NCBI RefSeq assembly: GCF_018350175.1
Contig: NC_058368.1
Span: forward strand, 192,016,001 to 192,080,000
Reading direction: 5' to 3'
DNA from: Felis catus
Lineage: Eukaryota
DNA length: 64,000 nucleotides
Within the stretch, counting starts at the first letter, position 1. Each line of letters begins with the position of its first letter. Below, piece by piece: positions 52,332 to 64,000 of the stretch. A program made the position numbers and the translations under genes. Under the pieces are notes generated by a model, which was not told the origin of the DNA, searched no databases, and saw only the letters and a list, made by a program, of their open reading frames with translations.

Positions 52332-52545
52332 AAGGCTGAGTGGCTGAGTCAGTTAAGTGTCCCACTCTTGATTTCAGCACAGGTCATGAGCCCATGGTCA
52401 TGAGTTTGAGCCCCGCATCCGGCTCCCTGCTGGGCAAGGAACCTGCTTGAGATTCTCTTTTCCCTTTTCCTTTGCCCACCCCCATTTGCACTCTGTAAAA
52501 AATAATAATAAAATAAAATAAAATAAAATAATAAAATAAAATATC
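52332..52545 (+). mobile_element. CAN-SINE (older subfamily)
   Basis: TSD aaaatatcacaaagg; (TAAAA)n tail. Confidence 0.9.
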
Positions 52546-55500
52546 ACAAAGGTTGAAATCTGAGCCTTTGTGAATTGACTCCTGGTGAGTGGGCAGCCCC
52601 TCTCTGCACATTCCCAGAGCAAGGGGCTGACCTCGCTGCATGGATTCCCATCTCCCTGGGAGGATGCCACCCACAGGAAAAACTCTCCCATGCCAAGCCA
52701 GGCAAGGGGGGTTTTCTGATGGGAATTGGTGCTCCAGTCCTCCAAAAAATGTGTGCTGTAGTGAATGATTTGCTTTCAAAGTTTCCTCTGGACCAATAAC
52801 AGCAAGCCTCCTGCCACTAGCCTGGCATTAAAGATTGGTCCAATGAGAGTTTTGTTCGGTCACACCCAGTGTTCATCCCTCAGAGTCAGAAACCAGAAGG
52901 CTGCTTGGCGACACAACCCCTTTCCACAGAGGGCTCCACTGTACTTCCAGTCCTGATGGCTTCAACTGGAGAGAAGTTCCAGTGTTCAAAACCTGGGCAT
53001 TAAAGCTCCACCCCAGCAAGATGGGAAATCAGAAGCTCTATCAACTACTGAGGGTCCAGGCATCGGATGACTCAGGGGCATGACTTTCTGCTCTGAGTAG
53101 TTCTGTTATGCGGTCCCCTGAGCTCAATGGTACAGAGCAGAACCAAGGACACATGCACATCCTCAGCAAGCACTTCAAAAAAGGGGGATGTGGAGTTTTA
53201 TTGCCAGAACTTACCACGATATGGACTACTGACATTGAAATAGAAGAATGGACAGGGAAGAGGGGAGATGTCTGTGGATAAGAGAGAATGAAAATCTTTT
53301 GCTGGCATGCCAGTGAAGGATTCAAGCAGCGTAAGAACCTAAGATCTCTCAAATTCCCTGGGGTATAAAGAAAAAATAAACACGATGCAAAGGTACCCTA
53401 AATGTGAAGAAAGATAGACGTTCCAGGTTCCCAGGGAGACCAGGTTAGGCGCCTGGGGAGCCTCTCCTCTCAGTAATAGTCTGATGCTCAAGTTGCTTTT
53501 TGTTCTGCATGATTTGTTGGCAATATTTCTAAATATGTAAAATATATGTATTTATAAGATCAAAGACCAACAGACTTTATAAATAACAGCAAATAACATT
53601 AAGGAAAAGACTTTTAAAATATTGGAGGCTACATTGGGGGAAGATTGTAGAGTACCCAAAGTTTCTATGGACATAAACAACCTAGAGGGAGTTGGTGGCC
53701 CCAACATATAATGATTACAGGAATACCAGCCTACCCCCAACAGTTCCCCAGTGAAATATCGCAGCAGCATGAAATCAATTCACATGAGACTGGTCTTTGT
53801 CTTAATGATTCAACCTATTATGAAATGTTTTATATATTCATTCAGAGGCCTCTGCCTTATCAGCTTAGGTCCCTCAGCGAAAGTGAAGGAGGTGCTCAAC
53901 CAGTTAGCATGTGGGTTCTGGATTCAGACAAACCTCAGGGTGGACTTCAGCTCTACTACTCATGAGCTAAGGGCCCAGGTAAGCTCCTAACCCTCCAAAT
54001 ACTGGTTTCCTCACATACTCCAATTATGCCCACCTTACGGATATCTTTTAGAGTCATTATAAGAGCTAAAGGAAACAATATGGGTAAAGCATGTGGCACA
54101 GTGCCTGAAGGAGTGTCAACCCAAGATATTACTGACAGAGAAGGAGCTATAGGAAGGGCTTGATGGCTCTGAACAACAGACGAGTGAGAAATACCGTCCC
54201 CCAGTGGAAAGAGGAATTTGGAATCATTTACGGACAAGATTGACTGAAATTGTTTTTAAGGCTAACCCTGGCAGGTAGACTCTGAATCTATGTCTTACTC
54301 ACCTTTTGCCTATACATTTCCAAAAGTCAGCTAGGGGAAGAGCTCAGCATATCTTCAATTCAAGCTGAATTGAATTTGAGAACTAGGCAAGACTTTGGAC
54401 TTAAATCTATCAGTATTTTATCCGACTCAAATACCTACATCTGTTGTTTTTCATTTTCAACACTAAATGGCATATTTAAGGGCTGATTTATCCCCTTATT
54501 TATTTCACATGACTAAGAATGGCGTGTGAAACTGGCTAAATTTTTTAAATTACTGTTAAATAGTTCCCATGTGTCTACAAAACATCTGTGTCCCATGCTG
54601 CAGGGGAAAAGAAAAGGAGACCCCCAATTTAGAGAGGGGGGAGATCAAAATGGGTACACAAGGCATCCAAAAAATCTAGGAGGCATGACATGGCCTTTTA
54701 CAAAGAAAAGCAACAATAATGTACTCTTTTAAAACAGACAAAATATCTCTTTAAAAAGCTAGCTTTTAAAAAAAGGTCAGAGAAGTTTAAGGTTTACTCA
54801 AGTGTAAATGTCAATTGGAATAAGTGATACCTGTGAGAAAATGGGGAGACCACTGACCTTTTATCCAAAAGAAGGCTAGAAATGATGTCTAAGAAGGGTG
54901 AAGGGAGGGAAAAAATTGTAAAGATTTTGAGCAAGGGAAAGAAGCAAGAATGAAGGAAAACCTCATTAAAATCAAAATCGCACACACACGATGCTTTTAG
55001 TTGCCAAGCCATATAGAATCTGGTGAAACTTTTTAAAAGATGATATTTTAAGTTATTAACTGATCCACTGATCAGGGGAGATTTTACTCAGGTCTCAACG
55101 TGGTCCCAGATCACCTCTTTTAACCTCAGAACTGGGCTTCCTTCTCAAATATTCTTGTCCCTGGTAGTCCCAGAAACGTCTATGTTCACACTGAAAAATC
55201 CAATCACTGTGACCTGGGGGATAGAGCATGCTTATTGACTTATGCCCTTCAGAGCCTGTCCCTGGAGCTGAGAGTTAGGTCCCTCCCACCCAAACTACAT
55301 GGCTTGGCATACTGTGATCCATAGCAAGAAGATGGAATTAGAGGAAAGGACATAGGTAAGCAGCAAAAAGATATCCCCTACCCATAAGGAATAGGTTTCT
55401 GTTTGAAAACAAGCATCATGCCTGTGACTACACTACCCTTTCTCCAAAAGTTTGAAATGAAATGATTTGCCTTCTTAAAAGAATAGCATTCAAGCATTCT

Positions 55501-55555
55501 TGCAAACTTCACAACCTTATCACAAGCATTATTTATAAGTTAAATAAAACTGTAT

Positions 55556-58500
55556 AGAGAATTAAGATGGCAGAGAAGTAGGGGAAACCTAACCTTGTCC
55601 CTCAAACACAGCTAGATAAATCTCAAATCATTCTGAACACCCAAGGAATTGATCTGTGGACTAAAAGAACACACTGCACATCTAGAGGGAGAGAAACAGC
55701 CACATCATGGAAGGTAGGAGCTGCAGAGAGTGGATTTGGGGGAAAAAAGAACGGCAGGTGCTGTGGAGGGGAGGGAGCCCTGATGACAGAGAAATAAGTG
55801 AGAGAGAGAAAGCACGCAGAAGTAGATGATTGCACAAGAAAAACTCTTCCCTAAAACCACTGACTTGTAAAAGGATAGGGGCTGACTACCACAGGTTTGT
55901 GCAAGCAACGGAGCTCAAAGTTGGAAGTTTTAGAAGTCCATACCATCACTGGGATCATGCCTGGTAGGCTTAGTGGTGCTCTGGTGCAGAAGGAGGACAG
56001 AGGCCCAGAAGCAGGCACTGTGCCCTGAGGATCACTGGGTCACGCAGGGAGAGATAGTTTCCCTTCTTGGCATGCATTTGGGAATGGTGGCATGGCCTCT
56101 TCAGGGACAAAAGAACTGGTGGGAGCCAATGTGCTACAGAGGAATAGACACCTGCCAAGGGCAACAAACCTTTCACTGTACTTTACCATAAGCAGTGAAC
56201 CACTGCACAGTGGTGCAACTGCTTTTCTGAGACAAACTGGCACCAGCTACAGCACAGTGAGACCCTCCCCAGAGGATCAGTGTGGATCAGAGGATCCGTG
56301 CTATGCAGGTCCCTAAAATTTGGAGTTTTAAAACCCAGCCACATGCCTGAGATAAAACACAGGAGTACTGTACTGCCTTGCAGGCAGACAGCTCAGACAC
56401 AGACAGGATGAAGGCAGGGATCTGAGGGAAACTGGGGACACAAGAGGGGAAATTTTTTCCTCTTCTATAAGGGCTTCCTGAAGAATGGTGAGCACGAACT
56501 CCCCACTCCAGGGATGAGAGAGTGAAGTGATGCCATTTTCTCCCACATCTATCAGTACTGACCTACTTCGGTGACCAACACAGTGCCCCCCAGTGGAGGC
56601 TGAAGCTGCTTACACCAACCCCCACTCCCTGCACCCTGGCAGGTGTATCTCCACTAGGGCAAGTCCGCCTGAGAATCAGCGCAGCAGGACCCTCCCCAAG
56701 AAGAATAGTACAAACCCCTCGCATGCACCAAGTTTACTGATCATAAAATGCTGTAAAGCTTCAGCTCTAGGGGAAATAGGATCTAGCTTCTTTTAGCAAG
56801 CAGACCACAACACACCTAGTTAAAACTTGCCACACAGTGGACAAAGTCCAAACACTCCTTGCCCCCACTACAAGCAAGGAGAAACTCTGCAGAGGACTGA
56901 CCTGAAGGAAGGAGCAGCCAAAATACAACAGCAGAGTGCACACTCTGAAACACATCCTGAAGTACCAGACCCCAGACAGTATAGGACTTCTTCTTAATAT
57001 AGCCATTACTCTCAGGAGCACGCATATAAAAGGCTTTCTTAAAAATCACACAAAAATACGGTGGTCTAGACAAAATGACAAGATGGAGGAATTCACTCCA
57101 AAAGAAAGAACAGGAAGAAGTAATGGCCGGGGATGTAATCAAAGCAGATATAAGATGCCTGGACCAGAATTTAAAACAACAATCATAAGAATACTAGCTG
57201 CGCTTGAGAAAGGCATAGAAGACACTAGAGAATCCCTTATTTAGAGATAAAATAACTAAACATTAGGTGGAAATAAAAAATTTATAACTGAGATGCAAAA
57301 CTGCATGCAATGACAATGAGGGTGGAAGAAGCAGAGGAACAAATCAGTGCTATAGGGGATAAAATTATGGAAAATAACGAAGCTAAAAAGAAGAGAGAAA
57401 GAAAATTATCGGATCATGAATATAGACTTGGAGAATGCAGACTTAAAGACTCAGCACCTCTTAAAGCATAATAACATTCATATCATAGGAGTCCCAGAAA
57501 AAGAGAGGGAATGGGGGCAGAAGGTTTATTTGAGAAAATTATAGCTGAAAAATTCCCTAATCTGGGGAAGGAAACAGACATCAAAATTCAAGAGGCACAG
57601 AGAACTCCCAACAAATTCAAGAAAAGCAGGCCCACACCAAGACATATTGTAGTCAAATTCACAAAATACACAGACAAGGAAAGAATTCTGAAAGGAGCAA
57701 GGAAAAAAAAAAGTGCCTAACCTATAAGGAGAGACAGATCAGGTTCAAAGGAGGTCTTTCCACAGAAACTTCACAGGCCAGAAGGGAATGGCAAGATATG
57801 TTCAATGTTCTGAATGGGAAAAATATGCAGCCAAGAATATTTTATCCATCAAGGCTGTAATTCAGAATAGAAGGAGAGATAAGAGTTTCCCAGACAAAAA
57901 AAATTAAAGGAGTTCATGACCACTAAACCAGCCCTGCAAGAAATATTAAAGGGGAATCTTTGCATGGGAAAGAAGGACCAAAAACAAAAAAAGACTAGAA
58001 AGGAACAGAGAACATCACCAGAAATACCAATTTTACAGGTAATGCAACGGCACTAAATTCACATATATCAATAATCACTCTGAATATAAAAGGACTAAAT
58101 GCTCCAATCAAAAAACATAGGGTATTAGAATGGATAAAAAAAATACTCATCTATATTCTGACTACAAGAGATTCATTTTAGACCTATAAAGACACCTGCA
58201 GATTGTCTTTAAAAAGTGAGGGGATGGTACTTGGGATGAGCACTGAGTGTTATATTTAAGTGATGAATCACTGAGTTCTACTGCCAAAACCAATACTAAA
58301 CTGTATGTGAACTAACTTGATTTAAATAAATGAATTTAAAAAAAAGAAGAAGGTGAGCGGATGGATAATCATCTATCATGCTAATGGATGTCAAAAGAAA
58401 GCCAGAGTGGGGGCGCCTGCGTGGCTCAGTTGGTTAAATGCCCAACTTTGGCTCAGGTCACGATCTCACAGTTTGTGAGTTCAAGCCCTGCATCAGGCTC

Positions 58501-61500
58501 TGTGATGACATCTCCGAGCCTGGAGCCCGCTTCAGATTCTGTGTCTCCCTCTCTCTCTTCCCCTCCCCATCTCTCACTCTGTCTCTATCTCTCTCTCTCT
58601 CAAAAATAAATAAAAGCATAAAAAAATTTTTAAAAAGAAAGAGTGGCCAAATTTATATCAGACAAACTAGATTTTAAACCAAAGACTATAACAAGAGATG
58701 AAAAAGGGCACTATATCATAATTAAGGGGTGTATCCACCAAGATGTAACAATTACAAATATTTATGCCCCCACCTTGAAAACACCCAAATATATAAATCA
58801 ATTAATAGCAAACATAAAGAAACTCATTGATGATGATGATAATAATAATAATAATAATAGGGGACTTTAACACTCCACGTACAACAATGGACAGATCATC
58901 TAAGAAGAAACTCAACAAGGAAACAATGGCTTTTAATGACACACTGGACCAGATGGACTTGACAGATATATTCAAAACATTTCATCCTAAAGCAACCAAA
59001 AACACATTCTTTTCAAGTACACATGAAACATTCTCCAGAAAAGATCACATACTGGGTCATAAATCATTCCTCAACAAGTACAAAAAGATTGGGATCATAT
59101 CATACATATTTTCAGACCACAATGCTTGAGGTCAACCACGAGAAAAAATTTGAAAAGAAAACAAATACATGGAGGTTAAAGAACATCCTTACTGAAGAAT
59201 GGATGGGTTAAACAGGAAATTAAAGAAGATTTTAAAAATACATGGAAGCAAATAAAAATGAAAACACAACAGTTGAAACCTTTGGGACGGAGCAAAGCTG
59301 GTCCTAAGAGGGAAGTATATTGCAATACAGATCTACCTCAAAAATCAAGAAAAGTTTCAAATACACAACCTTACCTTTCACCTAAAGCTAGAAAGGAACA
59401 TCAGATAAAGCTTAAGGTAGGCAGAAGAAGGGAAATAATAAAGATTAAAGCAGAAATAAATTATATAGAAACAAACAAACAAAAAAGTAGAACAAATTAG
59501 TGAAACTAAGAGCTGATTCTTTGAAAGAATTAATACAATTTATAAACCCCTAACCAGACTTATCAAAAAGAAATCAGAAAGAATCAACATAAATAAAATC
59601 ACAAATGAAAGAGGATATATCAGAACCAACACCACAGAAATACAAATAATCATAAAAGAATATTATGGAAAATAATATGCCAACCTTCTGGGCAATCTGG
59701 AAGAAATGGACAAATTCCTAGAAACATACAAACCACCAAAACTAAAACAGGAATAAACTGAAAATTTGAAAATCCCCATAACCAGCAGAGAAATTGAATC
59801 AGTTATCCAAAATCTCCCAACAAAAAACAAAAAAAAAACAAAAAACAAAAAAAAAAAGCCCAGGGCCAAATAGCTTCCCAGGGGAATTCTACCAGACATT
59901 TAAAGCAGAATTAATATCTCTTCTTCTCAAACTCTTCTCAAAAATAGAAATGGAAGGAAAACTTCCAAACTCATTCTATGAGGCCAACATTACCTTGATT
60001 CCAAAACCAGGCAAAGCTTCCACTAAAAAGGAAAATTACAGGCCAATATCTCTGATGAACATGAGTGCAAAAATTCCCAGCAAGATACTAGCAAATTGAA
60101 TCCAACAGTACATTAAAAGAATTATTCACCATGATCAAGTGAGATTTATTCCTGGCTGCAGGGGTGGTTCAATATTTGCAAATCAATCAACATGATACAC
60201 CACATTTATTAAACAAAGGATAAGAACTATATGGTCCTTTCAATAGATCCAGAAAAAACATTTGACAAAATACAGCATCTATTCTTTATTAAAAGCCTCA
60301 ACAAAGTAGTTGTAGATGGAACATAACTCAACATCATAAAAACCATATACAAAAGACATACAGCTAATATCCTCAATGGGGAAAACCTGAGAGCTTTTCC
60401 TCTATGGTCAGGAACAAGACAGGGATGTCCACACTCACCATTACTATTTAACATAGTACTGGAAGTCTTAGCCTCAAAAATCAGAAAACAAAAGGAAATA
60501 AAAGGCATCCAAATTGGCAAGGAAAAAGTCAAACTTTCACTATTTGCAGATGACATGATACTCTATGTAGAAAACCCGAAAGACTCTACCAAAAAATTGC
60601 TAGAACTAATACATGAATTCAGGAAAGTCACAGGATATAAAATCAATGTACAGAAATCTGTTGCACTTCAATACACCAATTATGAAGCAGCAGAAAAAGA
60701 AATCAAGGAATCAATCCCATTTACAACTGCACCAAAAACAATAAGATACCGAGGGATAAACTTAACCAAAGAGGTAAAAGATCTGTACTCTGAAAACTAT
60801 AGAGCACTTATGAAAGAAATTGAAGAAGACACGAAGAAATGGAAAAATATTCCATGCTCATGGATTGAAAGAACAAATGGTGTTAAAATGTGTACCCAAA
60901 GCAAAATATATATTTAATGCAATCCCTATCAAAATACCACCATCACTTTTTTTACAGAACTAGGACAAACAATCCTAAAATTTGTACAGATCCACAAAAG
61001 ACCCTAAACAGCCAAAGCAATCCTGGAAAAGAAAAAAAAAAGCTGGAGGCATCACAATATGGACTTCAAGCTATATTACAAAGCTGTATTAATCAAGACA
61101 GTATGATACTGGCACAAAAACAGACACATAGATCAATGGAACAGAACAGAAATCCAAGAAATGGGTCCATAACTATATGGTCAACTATTCTTCGACAAAG
61201 AAGAAAAGAACATCCAATGGAAAAAAGACAGTCTCTTCAACAAATAATGTCGGGAAAACTTGACAGCAACATGCAGAAGAATAAAACCGGACCACTTTCT
61301 TACACCGTACACAAAAATAAATTCAAATGGATGAAAAACCTAAATGTCAGACAGGAAACCGTCAAAATCCTAGAGGAGAACACAGGCAGCAATCGTTTTT
61401 ACCTCAGTCTTAACAACTTCTTACTAGATACATCACCAGAGGCAAGGGAAACAAGAGCAAAAATGAACTATTGGGACTTCATCAAGATAAAAAGCTTCGG

Positions 61501-62529
61501 CACAGCAAAGGAAAAAATCAACAAAACTAAAAGCCTACAGAATGGGAGAAGATATTTGCAAATGACATGTCTACTAAAGCGTTAGTATATAAAATCTATA
61601 AAGAGCTTATCAAACTCAACACCCAAACACAAATAATCCAGTTAAGAAATAGACAAAAGACATGAATAGACACTTTTCCAAAGAAGACATCCATATGGCC
61701 AACAGACACATCAAAAGATGCTCATCATGCATCATCAGGGAAATGCAAATCAAAACCATAGTGACATACCATCTCACATCTGTCAGAATGGATAAAATTA
61801 ACAATACAGGAAACAACAGATGTCTGTGAGGATGTAGAGAAAGGAGAACCCAGTTACACTGTTGGTGGATATACAAACTGGTGCAGCCACTCTGGATAAC
61901 AGTATGTAGGTTCCTCAAACAGTTAAAAACAGAGCTACCCTACGACCCAGCAATTTTACTACTAGGTATTTACTCAAAGGATACAAAAATACAGATTCAA
62001 AGATGTACATGTACCCCAATGTTTATAAGAGCATTATCAACAATATCCAAACTATGGAGAAAGCCCAAATGTCCATTGACTGATGAAAGAATAAAGAAGA
62101 TATGTTGTATATATACAATGGAATATTACTCAGCAATCAAAAAGAATGAAATCCTGCCATTTGCAATGATGTGAATGGAGCTGGAGAGTATCATGCTAAC
62201 CAAAATAAGACAGTCAGAGAAAGACAAATGATTTCACTCATATGTGGAATTTAAGAAACAAAATGAATGAAAATATGGGAAGGGGGAAAAAAAGAGACAG
62301 GGAAGCAAACCATAAGAGAACAGGATTGTTGGAGGGAGGTGAGTGGGGAATGGGCTAGGTGGGTGATAGGTATTGAGGATGGCACTTTTTATGATGAGCA
62401 CTGGATGTTGTATGTAAGTGAAGAATCACTAAATTCTACTCCTAAAATTAATATTACACTATATATTAACTAGAATTTAAATAAAAATTTGAAGAAAAAA
62501 AACAATGAAGTAAAAAAAAAGAAAGAAAG
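55556..62529 (+). mobile_element. Full-length decayed carnivore LINE-1 (5'UTR, ORF1 ~57050-57990, ORF2 ~58040-62190, 3'UTR), with a nested L1 tail (~58228-58350) and a SINE (~58409-58635)
   Basis: ORF1 IIAEKFPNLGKE..IQEAQRTP; endonuclease GDFNTP and SDHN; RT LFADDMI; multiple frameshifts; flanks aaa(c/t)tgtat. Confidence 0.95.
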
Positions 62530-64000
62530 AAATTGTATCTACAAAGGAGAACAATGAAATCAACTTAGATGAAAAATCTTATTTTATTAAAGTTAATAAG
62601 AAAATGTGATTTTTTAAAAATATTCAATATCACTAATCTAGACCAGTTTATAAAGTATTTCATGATCAACCTCTTATATCCTTTGTCAACTTTATCTCTT
62701 GTTTTTATTTTTTTAAGTTTATTTATTTATTTTGAGAGAGAGAGAGCATGCACACAGGCAGAGGAGGGGCAGAGAGGGAGACAGGGAGAATCTCAAGCAG
62801 GCTCTGCACTGCCAGTGCAGAACCCGATGTGGGGATTGAACTCAGAAACCACTGTGAGATTATGACCTGAGCCAAAACCAAGAGTCAAATGCTTAACCGA
62901 CTGAGCCACCCCAGCGCCCCTCCAAATTTATCTTAACACTCTGTGCTCACCCCACATTTTCTATACAGTCAATATTTTACCTGGCTTCTTACAATTTCCC
63001 CCACTATATCATAATATTTACATCTCTACAAGGCACCTGAGTGGCTCAGTTGGTTAGGCATCTGACTTCAGCTCAGGTCATGATCTCACAGTTTGTGAGT
63101 TTGAGCTCTGTGATGACAGCTCAGAGCCTGGAGCCTGCTTTAGATTCTGTGTCTCCCTCTCTCTCTCTGCCCCTCCCCTCCTCGTGCTCTGCCTCTCTGT
63201 TTCTCAAAAATAAATACATGTTTAAAAATAATTAAAGAAATAATATTTATATATCTATGCTTTTATTTTCTTAAATTCAATGTTACCTCTACTATTGGCT
63301 TATTAAATATACTGCCTTCTAATATTTTTAGTTGCTTCCCTAGGATTTATCAGTCTACTTTCAAATATTATGTTACTTCATGTAAAGTAAATGAACTTTA
63401 CAAAGTATACTTCCATTTTCCTCCTCCCCGTAATGTTGTTGTTGTACATTTTATCATTATAGGCATCACACCCCAAAATGCATTATTACCATTTTTGCTT
63501 TAAGCAGTTATCTTTCAGAATGATTTCAAAATATGAATAAAATTCATTTATAATTATCTTTATTTTTACCATCTTTGAAGCTCTTCATTTCTTTGCATAC
63601 ATCCTGGTTTCTCTCTGGTGTCATGTTACTTGTACCTGAAGAATTTTCTTTACCATTTCTTCTAGCCAAGTCCATTGGCAATAAATTCTCTCAGCTTTTG
63701 TTCGTCCGAAAAATCTCTCTACTTTCCCTTCAATCTTGAATGATCTTTCACTGGGTATAAAATTCTAGGTGGCCAGGGTTTCTTTTTTCTTTTCAGTAAT
63801 TTAAAGATATCACTTTATTGCCTACTTGTATATCTTCTGAAAGAAGTCAGCTGTAATTCTTACCTTTATTCCCATCAGTGTCTTTTTTATGAACATTTTC
63901 AATATTTTCTTGCTATTATTAGTTTTCAGCAGTTTGTGTGTGTTTAGTTGTGGGTTTTCTTATTGTTATTTTCATTTTTTTAAATCCTTCTGAGTGTTCT
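62530..64000 (-). mobile_element. Old L1 fragment with two CAN-SINEs (62702-62920 minus, 63032-63240 plus)
   Basis: Antisense L1M-like text (ataaattctctcagctttt...ttcactgggtataaaattctagg); SINE bodies. Confidence 0.7.

Noticed and set aside
1..64000. Host protein-coding gene, tRNA/rRNA genes or a literal CRISPR array
   Set aside because: I recognised no exon chain or regularly spaced direct repeats. The tRNA-like sequences are SINE heads.

Overview
Mammalian non-coding DNA from a feliform carnivore (cat-type CAN-SINEs and carnivore L1s). I found no credible host protein-coding exon. The left ~37 kb looks like ordinary intergenic sequence, but hand translation of the minus strand shows a head-to-tail array of heavily eroded RNA-virus polymerase (L) gene relics of the order Mononegavirales. 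There are four long copies resembling Pneumoviridae/Paramyxoviridae/Filoviridae L (~36.4-27.6 kb, ~26.3-22.7 kb, ~21.75-15.05 kb, ~14.66-10.25 kb). They are followed by bornavirus-like L pieces (~6.9-6.0 kb, ~5.9-5.7 kb, ~5.7-3.35 kb, and 1.25 kb to the window edge). All lie on the same strand, keep L motif order, and are interrupted by very old MIR/L2/MER/MLT insertions. A CpG-rich promoter-like segment (~38.0-39.4 kb) sits at the head of the array. The layout suggests an ancient germline archive of viral sequence, possibly a piRNA cluster (inference). The right part is ordinary repeat-rich DNA, including a full-length decayed L1 (55.6-62.5 kb). All viral assignments are by-eye alignments across frameshifts against L sequences recalled from memory, so they need computational confirmation. 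Boundaries are approximate.
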